NCBI GenBank assembly: GCA_963785305.1
Contig: CAWAUV010000001.1
Location: 96,001-160,000 of the forward strand
Length of the DNA: 64,000 nt
Reading direction: 5' to 3'
Source of the DNA: an uncultured Planctomycetaceae bacterium
GTDB taxonomy: Bacteria; Planctomycetota; Planctomycetia; Pirellulales; PALSA-1355
Part shown: one piece after another, positions 25,113 through 34,404 of the stretch
How positions within the stretch are numbered: position 1 is the stretch's first letter
Layout: every line of letters starts with the position of its first letter
Program-made: the position numbers and the translations under genes
Notes under the pieces: model-generated
Told to the model about the DNA's origin: nothing
Seen by the model: only the letters and a program-made list of their open reading frames with translations
Database searches by the model: none

Positions 25113-25879
25113 TTATTTGCCCGCCATGCGAATCGCGGCGTCGAGCCGGATCACCGAGCCATTGTGCATCGGGTTTTCCAGAATCTGTTGGGCAAGCGAG
25201 GCAAACTCGTCGGGCCGGCCCAACCGGGGCGGAAACGGCGCTTGCGCGGCAAGCGACTCTTGCATCGCGGCGTCGAGGCCCAAGACCATGGGCGTTTCGA
25301 ATACTCCCGGCGCAATCGCCACGACACGAATCCCGAACCGGGCCAGTTCCCGCGCCGCCGGCAACACCAACGACGCCACGCCGCCCTTCGAGGCGGCATA
25401 AGCCGCCTGACCAATCTGACCGTCAAAAGCCGCCACGCTCGCCGTGAGCACGATCGCGCCGCGCTCGCCCTCGGCGTCGGGCCGATTATCGCTCATGGCC
25501 GCGGCCGCGAGACGCAGCACATTGAATGTGCCCACGAGGTTCACGCGCACGATGCGTTCGAATAGCGCGAGATCATGGGGCCCGGTCTTGCCGGCGATCC
25601 TCGCGCCGCCAATCACGCCGGCGCAATGCACCACTCCGTTCAGTTCGCCCCATCGCGCTCGCACGACGTGTATCGCGGCGCGCACTTCGGCTTCGCTCGT
25701 GACATCGGCCCTGACGAAATGGGTCGCGGCGCCAAGCTCCTCGGCCAGCCGGCGGCCATCGGCTTCGGCCAGATCGACAAGAGCGCCCTGCCGCCGAGCG
25801 TCACGAGCCGCCGGGCCGTGGCCGCTCCCAGGCCCGAACTGCCACCGGTGACGAGAAACGCATGATCGCGGATTTGCAT
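25113..25879 (-). CDS. SDR, 3-hydroxyacyl-CoA dehydrogenase type II-like; frameshift near 25790
   Basis: [18 protein letters not shown] in one frame; [28 protein letters not shown] and IRLDAAIRM in ORF 25113..25892. Confidence 0.9.
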
Positions 25880-25932
25880 GCCGTGGCTCCAAGTTTCAGA
25901 ATGTGCGGCGGTCGAGTCTCGGTCACGCGCTA

Positions 25933-26094
25933 GTGCTTTGTCACGGCTGAAATGATAGGTAACCCCGTGTGCCATGCCCACGCCCAGCGTGGGCATGTTT
26001 TCGAAGCGCCACGCGGAGTCCTCATGCCCACGCTGGGCCGTGGGCATGGCACGTCGAACCAATCCAACCCGTCATTTCAATTGTGACAATGCGC
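25933..26094. mobile_element. ~160 bp MITE: imperfect outer TIRs enclosing an inverted REP doublet
   Basis: Left end GTGCTTTGTCACGGCTGAAATGA vs reverse complement of right end GCGCATTGTCACAATTGAAATGA; flanks CTA/TTA; inner GTGCCATGCCCACGCCCAGCGTGGGCATG ... CATGCCCACGCTGGGCCGTGGGCATGGCAC (25969..26052). Confidence 0.7.
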
Positions 26095-26792
26095 TTAGGT
26101 TTGGGAGCCGAGTTCGGAAGTGCCGCTCGCGCCTTGTTTCGTTCGGCGATCGCGCGGCGGAGCACGCGCACCATGTAGAAGCGTCGGTCTTTCGAGAGCA
26201 TCGAGCCGAATTCGGTTCGCGACTCCGGGCCTTCGAGTGAAATGGCCCATTGAGGCGAGTTCGACCGTTGCGGTCGATTCGATTCGATTTCCCGAATGCG
26301 CGTGACGTCGTTCCACGAAAATCGGCGCCGGTGGCCGATAATGCCGATGCCCGTGAAAATCTCACCGATGTCGCCCTGAATGGAGACGATTTGCCGTCCA
26401 AACACCGACAGGAGCGACACGGTCACGAGTACGACCGAACCGATGGCGAAGGGAATTCCGAACAGCGATATTCCCCAATTGAATTGGCCCTGAACGATTT
26501 GCGTTCCATAGATTCCCGCCATGCTGCCGCCGGCCCAGACCGCGGTAAACGGAACAATGAACAAGGCGGCCCAGGAACGCATCGTCGCTCCGAGTCGCCA
26601 GCCGTCGAACAAGGGCTCGAACCACACCCCTGGCGGCGGGTTATTGACATCGCCGGCGCGGCTTTCGCCGGTTTCCAGAATCTCGGAGAGCTGAAAGGCT
26701 TGGCCGCAGCTTGTGCAAAAAGCCAAGTCGGTCGAGGCATTGACCTGCTCGGCCGCGATTTCGCGATCGCAGATGGGGCAAACCACTCGCAT
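26022..26792 (-). CDS. Hypothetical Zn-ribbon two-TM membrane protein (paralog A)
   Basis: MRVVCPIC..CTSC; two hydrophobic helices; soluble C-terminal domain; tail reads into the MITE. Confidence 0.7.
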   Translation of the reverse strand: MRVVCPICDREIAAEQVNASTDLAFCTSCGQAFQLSEILETGESRAGDVNNPPPGVWFEPLFDGWRLGATMRSWAALFIVPFTAVWAGGSMAGIYGTQIVQGQFNWGISLFGIPFAIGSVVLVTVSLLSVFGRQIVSIQGDIGEIFTGIGIIGHRRRFSWNDVTRIREIESNRPQRSNSPQWAISLEGPESRTEFGSMLSKDRRFYMVRVLRRAIAERNKARAALPNSAPKPKRIVTIEMTGWIGSTCHAHGPAWA

Positions 26793-27003
26793 CGATCGTG
26801 AGTCCTTCCGGAGTTTGGGGCCATGGGATGGGCCGAGTCGATTAAGTTCCCGCCTGTTCCGAAGAGGCTTCGCTCGAGTCGCCACCGCGCCGAACTTCGC
26901 GATTATACCGCTTTTCCGCCGCGCTCCGCTTCCCAGGAGCGGTCAAAAAACGGATTTCGCCCCAAAACCCCACACGATTCGGGAGCGGGTAGTCTTGGGA
27001 AGA

Positions 27004-27710
27004 TCACATGGGGAAATTATTTTTCGTCGGTTCCTGGCCGCGAGCCAGGTCGCGCTCGCGCAAGGCGCGGCGAATGAGTCGCATCGTATACGCTTGCCGT
27101 TCGTCGGAAAGCAACGCGCCGAATTCGACCCTGGATCGGCGCCCCTCGAGCACGATAAGTTGTTTCGATCGCTGAAAGCGGTCAAGCCATCGGGTGCTTT
27201 CAGGTGTGACAAGCCGGACATCGGTGAGGTCGTCCCACGAGAAACGGCGGCGCCGTCCGATGGCGCCGATGCCCGTGAATATCTCGCCCTCCGCGCCCGG
27301 ACCGTCACGAAGATGCATCCAAACATGCACAGCAGCGAGCTAATCGCTAAGCGCGCCGATCCGACGGCCGATAGGATGCCGGTAAACGCGAGGATCCGGA
27401 AGATTCTGCCCCGTTGAAATTGATAGCCGATCGCGGCAACCGCGACGACGGCGGCAAGCACGCCGAACACCGCGAAATACAATGCCATCCACGATTGCAG
27501 CGACGCTCCGAGACGCCAGCCATTGTCCACTTGTTCAAGCCACACGCCGTACGGCGGATTGTTGAGGCTGCCAGCAAAGGCATCCGCGGCCATCGAAATG
27601 TCACCCGGCTCGGCGGAATAACCGCATTCGGCGCAGGGGGGCATATCGTTCGAAGCTTGGATCGTGTCGGCGCCGAATTCGCCGCCGCAATTGGGACATA
27701 CCGCGCGCAT
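27004..27710 (-). CDS. Hypothetical Zn-ribbon two-TM membrane protein (paralog B); frameshift near 27290
   Basis: MRAVCPNC..CAEC, NNPPYGVWLE..GWRLGA, GEIFTGIGAIGRRRRFSW and EFGALLS match paralog A. Confidence 0.7.
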
Positions 27711-27810
27711 CGATTCGAAGCTCCATCAGTGCGCGTGTTGCGCGAGAAAAACCCATCCGCGTCGAGCAATCCCACCAGTTAGAAAAACAGGGCCCGACAG
27801 GCCACGTTGC

Positions 27811-29361
27811 TCATACCGCGACACCGCTGGCCGCGGCGCCGGTGATGTACTGCCGCCAGGCGTCGAGCTGTTCTTGGGTCAGACTATTGTCGCGCGTGAT
27901 CTCATGTTGCAAGCCGGCGCCGGCCACGCTCACGCGCACCATCAGCCGTCCATTGTCTTGATACTCGAAAATGACTTCAATCGGTGTCTGGGCCGGCAGT
28001 CCCTTCGGAAGATTGCGCACCGCGCATTGACCGATCTGGGTGCAATCCTCGGGCGAGGAGCTTTCGCCTTCGACGATCTGCACCAGAATCGACCCCTGAT
28101 TCGCCTTCTGGGTCCGGAACACCCGGCGGGCATTGACCGGCAGCGGCGTGTTGCGCGGAATTACCACCGCGTTGCGCTTCCGACCGGTTTGCGGGTCCGT
28201 GGCCACGACTCCCAGGCTGTGCGAATTGACATTGCGAATTCTCAGCACCGGCTTTTCACCGCGACTCTTGGCCAGCAGCATGCCGGCATGCAGCGCCGCG
28301 CCATGCGCCACGGCCTCATCCACCGCCACGCTGCCATCGGGTTCCTTGCCGCACAGCTCGCGAAGCATCGCCGCCACCATCGGCATGCGCGTCGATCCGC
28401 CCACGAGCAGCAAGTGATCGATATCGCTCCAGTCGAGGCCCGAGGCTTGTAGGGTTTGCCGGGTGGTGAATTGAGTGCGATCGAGCAGGTCGCGGGTGAT
28501 CTCCTCGAATTTTTCGCGAGTGATTTCAATGCGCTCGGCGTGGCCGCGATAGTCGCAGCTAATGTGAGTCTTGGCGCGGGCCGAGAGGGTGCGTTTGGCG
28601 TCTTCGCATTCGCGCCACAAGCGGCCGGCGGTGTTGGGTTCCTCGCGCGGATCGAGCGCGTGGCGGCGCAGAAAGTCCTCGGCCACGAAGTCCATCAGCC
28701 GCTGATCGAAATCTTGGCCGCCGAGTTGCACATCGCCATCGGTGGCCAGGGCAATGAACTCATTGCCCTTGATCTCCATCACGGTGACATCGAAGGTGCC
28801 GCCGCCCAGGTCGTAGACGAGCAGCTTGCGGGGCGCGTTTTCACTGCCATCGCGATGGATAAAGCCCTTGAGAAACCCATGCGCGATCGCGGCCGCCGTG
28901 GGCTCGTTGATGATGTCGAGCACTTCGAGGCCCGCCATGTAACCCGCGTCTTGAGTGGCCTTGCGGCGCACTTCGTCGAAATAGGCGGGCACGGTGATGA
29001 CCACCTGATCGAACGGGCCGATCTGCCGCCGCGCGTCGTTCTTGAGCTTGTGAAGCGTGAAGGCCTGAATCGCCTCGGGCGGATACTTGCGGCCTTGCAG
29101 TGTCTTGTGGAAGGTGCGTTCGCCGAGATCGCGTTTCACGCATTGCGCCACGAGCTCGCTTTCGGTGGCGATCGCCTTGAGCGCCTCCTTGCCCACCACC
29201 ACATGGCCGGGCTCGAAGAGCACCACGCTTGGAGTGACCAAATCGCCTTCGGAATTGACGAGCGTCACCGGGCGCCCGAAGTCGTCCAAATGCGCGACGG
29301 CGGAATACGTGGTGCCGAGATCGATGCCGACCGCGGGGGCTTTCTGGGCAGTGGAGTTCAT
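27811..29361 (-). CDS. Hsp70-family protein with intact ATPase motifs and no helical lid (~516 aa)
   Basis: VGIDLGTT, VKRDLG, VITVPAYF, IINEPTAAA, YDLGGGTFDV, LGGQDFD, LVGGSTRMP, DEAVAHGAA; start at MNSTAQ. Confidence 0.9.
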   Translation of the reverse strand: MNSTAQKAPAVGIDLGTTYSAVAHLDDFGRPVTLVNSEGDLVTPSVVLFEPGHVVVGKEALKAIATESELVAQCVKRDLGERTFHKTLQGRKYPPEAIQAFTLHKLKNDARRQIGPFDQVVITVPAYFDEVRRKATQDAGYMAGLEVLDIINEPTAAAIAHGFLKGFIHRDGSENAPRKLLVYDLGGGTFDVTVMEIKGNEFIALATDGDVQLGGQDFDQRLMDFVAEDFLRRHALDPREEPNTAGRLWRECEDAKRTLSARAKTHISCDYRGHAERIEITREKFEEITRDLLDRTQFTTRQTLQASGLDWSDIDHLLLVGGSTRMPMVAAMLRELCGKEPDGSVAVDEAVAHGAALHAGMLLAKSRGEKPVLRIRNVNSHSLGVVATDPQTGRKRNAVVIPRNTPLPVNARRVFRTQKANQGSILVQIVEGESSSPEDCTQIGQCAVRNLPKGLPAQTPIEVIFEYQDNGRLMVRVSVAGAGLQHEITRDNSLTQEQLDAWRQYITGAAASGVAV

Positions 29362-31495
29362 CGTGAGGTGCGCGTAGTGTTGGGAGGGGCCAGGGGGCGG
29401 CGCGGGCGCCACATCCTTAATGCCCGGAAGTTTCAAATGCAAAAAGTTCGACTCAGGCTTCACGCGACAAAGAATATAGTAACCCAAACCCAGGCCCAAG
29501 AGCGACGCCGAGAGGTGGCCAAGCGTGTTTACCAGAAAACTTACGACCGGATTGCCTTTTTTCTTGCCGGGACGTTTTCGCGAGGGCCGCGGCGCCGTGA
29601 ACGCCGCCTCTTCCTCGACCACGCTGGAAATCTCGGCCGACGACGCGGCAGCCTCGACCTCGCTGACCGCCGAACCCGAGTCCGCGTCGGATTCGGGGGC
29701 GCGAAGGTTCGGCGCCCAGGCCGCCAGCATCATTCTCGGCGATGTCGCGCGGCGCCGCGGGCGAGAGGGAATCCCAAGGAATCTCGTAGTCGCTCAAGGA
29801 AGCGCCTGTATCGCGGTTCGGCTGACGCGCGCTCGGGCGAGCAGCCGGCGCCGTGTTCCAGGACCTACGCGAATCGGAAGTCGAGCCGCGAGCGCTCGTC
29901 GGGCCGGCCCGAAGTTCGCTCTGTTCGTCGGCGACTTGAGCGTAAGCGGCAAACCCGGCCGCGAGCCGCACCGGCTCTTGCCAGGCCGCGATCGCGGCGT
30001 GATCCAAATTACGTGGTTCCTCGAGGGCGACATCGAGCGTGGCGCCGTTTGCCAGTCTTGCCGAAACCGTCGGCAGCCCGCTCGCGTCGAGCGAGAGCGA
30101 TACCACAACCGGCGCACCCCGCCAGGCCACGAGGAAAGCCGGTGAGCGTGGCCTCGGCCATCGAAGAACATGCTTCCGCCTGGAAGCCCTCGCCTTGTAA
30201 GAACCGCAGGGACATCGAGCGCGGATTCGGCGCCGCGACGAGCAGGGTTTCCTCGCCGAGCGCCGGCAGCGTCGCGCCGCGGGCAATCACGACCTTGTTG
30301 CGTCCGCGACCGCCGCCCGGCGCCGGTTGCTCGATGCCCACGCTTTGTGTCGCGTGATCGATGACCGTAAACGGCGGTCGCTCGTTGGGCCCGATCCGGC
30401 CCAGCTCGCTGGCTCGGGCGCGGAGTAGGTTGCTCGCGTGAATCGCGGCGCCGCGGGCGACGAGCTCTTCGTGATTGGCCGCCCAGCGAGGTTCGAGCCG
30501 CGAGGCCGCGCGGAGCATGGCGGCGATCATCGGCATGCGAGTCGCCCCGCCGACGAGCGCGATCTCATGGATATCTTGCCAGCCGAGTCCAGCCTGACTT
30601 AGCGTGTTGCGCACTCCAAAGGCGGTGCGTTCGACGAGGTCGGCGGTGAGCTCCTCGAACTGGCCGCGATGGATCGCATGATCGAGCGCGTGGCCGCCCG
30701 AGTCGAGATGGGTTTCGGCAACATCGCGCGTGCCCAGGGTATGCTTGGCGTCTTCGACGGCGCGGTTCAATCGCGCCAGGCCCAGGAGATCGCGTCTCGG
30801 GTCGACTCCATGACGCTCGACGAACGCCTGGGCCAGATGGTCGCGCAGCCGCTCGTCCCAATCGCGGCCCCCGAGCCGCGGTTCGCCATCCGAGGCAAGC
30901 ACGTGAAGTCCTTGGGATGAAATCTCGCAAAGCGCGACATCGAATCCCGCTCCGCCCAGATCGTAAATCAACATTCGACACGGCGACGGATTGCCGCTCG
31001 CATCAAGGTATCCGCGTTGCTCGGCCAAGGCCAGCGCGGCGGCGGCCGGCGCATTGATCAGCGCGAGTGGGGTCCATCCGGCCATCGTGGCGGCGTCGAG
31101 CGCAGCTCGCCGCGCGCGGAGTCGAACATCGCGGGAATCGCGAGCACCACTTCCGGACTCGCGCCGCCGGCGCTCGGGAGGTTGTGCGCGATTCGCCCGA
31201 GCAGCGCGGCCAGCACCACCTCGGGCGGCGGCGCTCGGCCGCGCACGAGGCGCCAGTAGCGCTCTTGACCCAGATCGCGGAGCGGGCAATCGGCAACTCG
31301 GTCGAGATCGGACTCGAGGGCCCGTTTCGCTTCGCGGCCGACGATCGTTTCGTCGTCGTCGAAAAGCACCGCGCTGGGCAGAAATAGCTCGCCATCGCCG
31401 CTGCGTAGCATCGTGGACCGGCCCAGTGGGTCGACTCCGGCAGCGGCCAAACGCGTGGTTCCGAGGTCGATTCCGACGGGATAGGGATCGGCCAT
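29358..31495 (-). CDS. Divergent Hsp70-like protein with low-complexity linker and C-terminal TM; several frameshifts
   Basis: MADPYPVGIDLGTT (31495), LINAPAAAA, IYDLGGAGFDV, LGGRDWD, LVGGATRMP, EELVARGAA; basic patch plus TM KKKGNPVVSFLVNTLGHLSASLLGLGLGYYIL; probable ATGA overlap with the downstream Hsp70. Confidence 0.75.
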
Positions 31496-31689
31496 GGCAG
31501 GGGGGATTGAAAAACTTCGACATCGAGACAGGGAGCCGGAAATCGGCGCGCGCGCCGACAACCGAGCGCGACCGATCCGAATTCCTGCACTCTAAAGGGA
31601 TCGCTCCGCTAAATCAATGAGGGCGCCCAACACTCACGGGTTGTCACTCTTCGACGATCGACTCTCGAGGCGCATCAAGAAAATGGCGG

Positions 31690-31706
31690 TTGGCATGAAA
31701 TCTGGA
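31690..31706 (+). promoter_or_regulatory. Possible sigma54-like -24/-12 element upstream of the intron and ferritin-like gene
   Basis: TTGGCATGAAATCTGGA vs consensus TGGCACG-N4-TTGCW; the -12 GC is GG, so the match is imperfect. Confidence 0.25.
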
Positions 31707-31727
31707 GTGGTATGTCAGGGAGTCAGG

Positions 31728-33663
31728 GTGCGCCGGCGCGAAGCCGGAGGAGAGTCGCGAATGAAAGAGTCGCACGAGGCAAGGCCTAGCCAGCCACCTC
31801 GGCCTCGAGTGATGCGTCGTGTCGGGCAACTGGCAGGGCGAAGCGTTCACAGAGGCACGGCCGGGCGGTGTATCGAGCTCCGAAAACATTCTTTTGTGGC
31901 GGCCGACCTTGTCCTGACCCCGTCGCTCGATACATGCGGGAAGGCAACAGTGATGTCGAACGATCATGGCGAGTCCGACGTCTCCCCCACGGAGTCTGAG
32001 ACCACCCGCACGGCCGGAAACTTTTCTCGCGGAAGCCGGGAGATCCCGGGAACATCCGCTTCACCGGAAGCGGATCGGTCGGAGAAGGCGCGAGGCCACA
32101 AGTCCGACATGCACGTTCCCGGGGAGTCAGACAGTTCCATAGTACCAAAGAAGCAGGCGAACAACGACAGCGTGCCGCTGTCGGCGGAGCCCGTGGAGGG
32201 AAGGGAGCTGACCGAGGAGAACGCCGAGCAGTCGCTACTGGACCGGACACAGCGCCGGGCTCCCAGGTCGCGCGGACTGCTGGGCGTGCGAGAAGCGGCA
32301 CAACGCGACAAGAAGATGCGGTTCAACAATCTGCTGAACCATGTCACGCCCGAACTGCTGGTGGCGAGTTTCTTCGACCTGAAGAAGCAAGCCGCGCCCG
32401 GCGTCGATGGCCTGACATGGGCTCAATACGCCACCGATTTCGAAACGCGGATCGACGATCCGCACAGTCGAATCCATCGGGGAGCCTATCGAGCCAGGCC
32501 GTCCAAGCGAACTTGGATTCCCAAGCTCGACGGCAAGCCGCGGCCCCTCGGGATCGCGGCGCTGGAGGACAAGATCGTCCAGCAAGCCGTACGGACGATC
32601 CTGGAGTGCATCTACGAAGAGGACTTTCTGGGTTTCAGTTACGGCTTTCGTCCTGGACGAAGCTGTCACCGAGCCTTGGACGCGCTCTACGTGGGCATCA
32701 AGAAGCGGAAAGTGAACTGGATTTTGGATGCGGACATCCGCGGCTTCTTCGACAACATCGACCACGCATGGTTGATGAAGTTCCTGGAGCATCGGATCGC
32801 CGACCGACGACTGCTTCGGCTGCTGAAGAAATGGCTTCGAGCCGGAGTGTCGGAAGATGGCGAATGGTCCCCGAGCACCGTGGGAACACCTCAAGGAGCG
32901 GTGATTTCGCCGCTCTATTCGAACGTGTTCTTGCACTATGTTCTGGACCTGTGGCTGGTGGCGTGGCGGAAACGCCATGCCGTGGGCGAGGTCATCATCG
33001 TGCGCTATGCGGACGATTTCGTAGTCGGATTCCGCGAGGAGTCCGACGCGCGACGCTGCCTGGCGGCGCTCCGGGAACGCTTCACCAAATTCGGTTTGGA
33101 ACCGCACCCGGAGAAGACGCGGCTGATCGAGTTCGGACGCTATGCGGCCGAACGACGATCGAAGCGTGGCGATGGCCCACCGGAGACATTCGACTTCCTG
33201 GGCTTCACCCACATCAGTGGCGTGACCCGGAAGGGCGAATTCACCATTCGCCGCATCTCATCGGCCAAGAAGTTTCGTGGCAAACTGCGCGAACTGAAAG
33301 AAGCGCTGCGCGGGAAAATGCACATGGACTTGGCGCAAGTCGGGCCATGGCTATCGAGCGTTTACCGGGGATGGCTCAATTACCATGCGATTCCCGGCAA
33401 CTCGGTGCGATTGCAACAATTCCGCACGGCGCTCCAGAAACTCTGGCTCCGCATGCTGCGGCGACGCAGCCAACGCGGACGCCGGATGACCTGGCGGAAG
33501 TTCTCGCAGCTTTGCAAACGATGGCTTCCCACCCCGAAAATCCTGCATCCTTATCCCGAAGTGCGGTTTGATCGTTTGTATCCAAGGTAGGAGCCGTATG
33601 CGGTAGTTCCGCACGTACGGATCTGTGCGGGGGGTGGCCCGAAAGGGCCATCCCTACCGCGAT
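31728..33663 (+). mobile_element. Group II intron, complete, RT-encoding, no endonuclease domain
   Basis: 5' GTGCG at 31728; EBS1 CCTGAC (31913-31918) complementary to exon GTCAGG (31722-31727); domain V GAGCCGTATGCGGTAGTTCCGCACGTACGGATCT from 33591; domain VI hairpin ending CTACCGCGAT. Confidence 0.9.
32109..33590 (+). CDS. ltrA: Group II intron reverse transcriptase/maturase
   Basis: AAPGVDG, PRPLGIAALEDKIVQ, FSYGFRPGR, DADIRGFFDNI, GTPQGAVISP, VRYADDF, FDFLGF, X domain ending PKILHPYP; start at MHVPGESD is inferred. Confidence 0.93.
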   Translation: MHVPGESDSSIVPKKQANNDSVPLSAEPVEGRELTEENAEQSLLDRTQRRAPRSRGLLGVREAAQRDKKMRFNNLLNHVTPELLVASFFDLKKQAAPGVDGLTWAQYATDFETRIDDPHSRIHRGAYRARPSKRTWIPKLDGKPRPLGIAALEDKIVQQAVRTILECIYEEDFLGFSYGFRPGRSCHRALDALYVGIKKRKVNWILDADIRGFFDNIDHAWLMKFLEHRIADRRLLRLLKKWLRAGVSEDGEWSPSTVGTPQGAVISPLYSNVFLHYVLDLWLVAWRKRHAVGEVIIVRYADDFVVGFREESDARRCLAALRERFTKFGLEPHPEKTRLIEFGRYAAERRSKRGDGPPETFDFLGFTHISGVTRKGEFTIRRISSAKKFRGKLRELKEALRGKMHMDLAQVGPWLSSVYRGWLNYHAIPGNSVRLQQFRTALQKLWLRMLRRRSQRGRRMTWRKFSQLCKRWLPTPKILHPYPEVRFDRLYPR

Positions 33664-33725
33664 AAATCGGGCCATGTGCCCGAACTCACCCTAACCATTT
33701 TTTTCCCTCGAAGGAGCCCCTGGCA

Positions 33726-34274
33726 ATGAAACTTTCATCTTGGTTTTCGAAAATGACCGGAACCTCGATGCGGCTGGATAATTTGGAGAATGTGCTCGTT
33801 TTGCAACTGCGCGACCTGTACAGCGCCGAGAATCAGTTGCTTTCGGCCCTCCCCAAAATGATGCAGGCCGCCAATTCGGTGGAGCTCAAGAGCGCGTTCC
33901 AAACCCATCTGGAGGAAACGCGTCGGCAGAAGCAACGCCTGGAACAATGTTTCCGCCTGCTCAAGCAAGACCCCAAGGCTGAAACCTGCGAAGCGATGAA
34001 AGGCCTGATCGAAGAAGGAGATGAAGTCGCCCATTTGGATGGCGACCCCGATGTGCGCGACGCCGTGATCATCGCCGCGGCTCAGCGCGTGGAGCACTAC
34101 GAGATGGCCGGGTATGGATGCGTGCGCGCCTTTGCGCGTCGCCTGGGACATCAAGAGGTGGCGGCCCTTTTGCAAGAGACGCTCGAAGAAGAGGCCAATG
34201 CCGACAAGATTCTCACCCACATCGCCGAGTCGGTCGTGAATGTGCAGGCCGCCCATGCCCACGCCGGCCGCTAG
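33726..34274 (+). CDS. Ferritin-like DUF892 (YciE/YciF family) stress protein
   Basis: LRDLYSAENQ, HLEET, CEAMKGLIEEG, AAQRVEHYEMAGYG, TLEEE..AD. Confidence 0.92.
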   Translation: MKLSSWFSKMTGTSMRLDNLENVLVLQLRDLYSAENQLLSALPKMMQAANSVELKSAFQTHLEETRRQKQRLEQCFRLLKQDPKAETCEAMKGLIEEGDEVAHLDGDPDVRDAVIIAAAQRVEHYEMAGYGCVRAFARRLGHQEVAALLQETLEEEANADKILTHIAESVVNVQAAHAHAGR

Positions 34275-34404
34275 CGAGTTGTCAGAGTATTCAACAGGTC
34301 GGTAACGTCGCGCGAGAACTCGCGTGACGCCGCCGACTGAATGTCTCTCACGAAAGGCGGATGTCGTGGCGCCCGGCCGCGACATCCGCCTTCTTAGCGC
34401 GCCA

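Noticed and set aside
27811..29733. Single 640-aa Hsp70 with an N-terminal TM, or a canonical dnaK call
   Set aside because: The TM region more plausibly belongs to the frameshifted upstream gene (ATGA overlap at 29358-29361). The protein lacks the DnaK lid and has no dnaJ/grpE neighbours.
28456..30357. Long antisense or alternate-frame ORFs (also 1991..3739, 5972..7417, 14353..15867, 17927..19492, 48149..49858)
   Set aside because: Shadow ORFs typical of high-GC DNA; they overlap well-supported genes and have no motifs.
31617..33590. RT as a retron, DGR, CRISPR-associated or defence RT; 657-aa ORF start at 31617
   Set aside because: Clear group II domain V/VI and an EBS1/IBS1 match are present, with no template/variable repeats or cas genes. 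The N-terminal extension is read-through of exon and intron RNA sequence.
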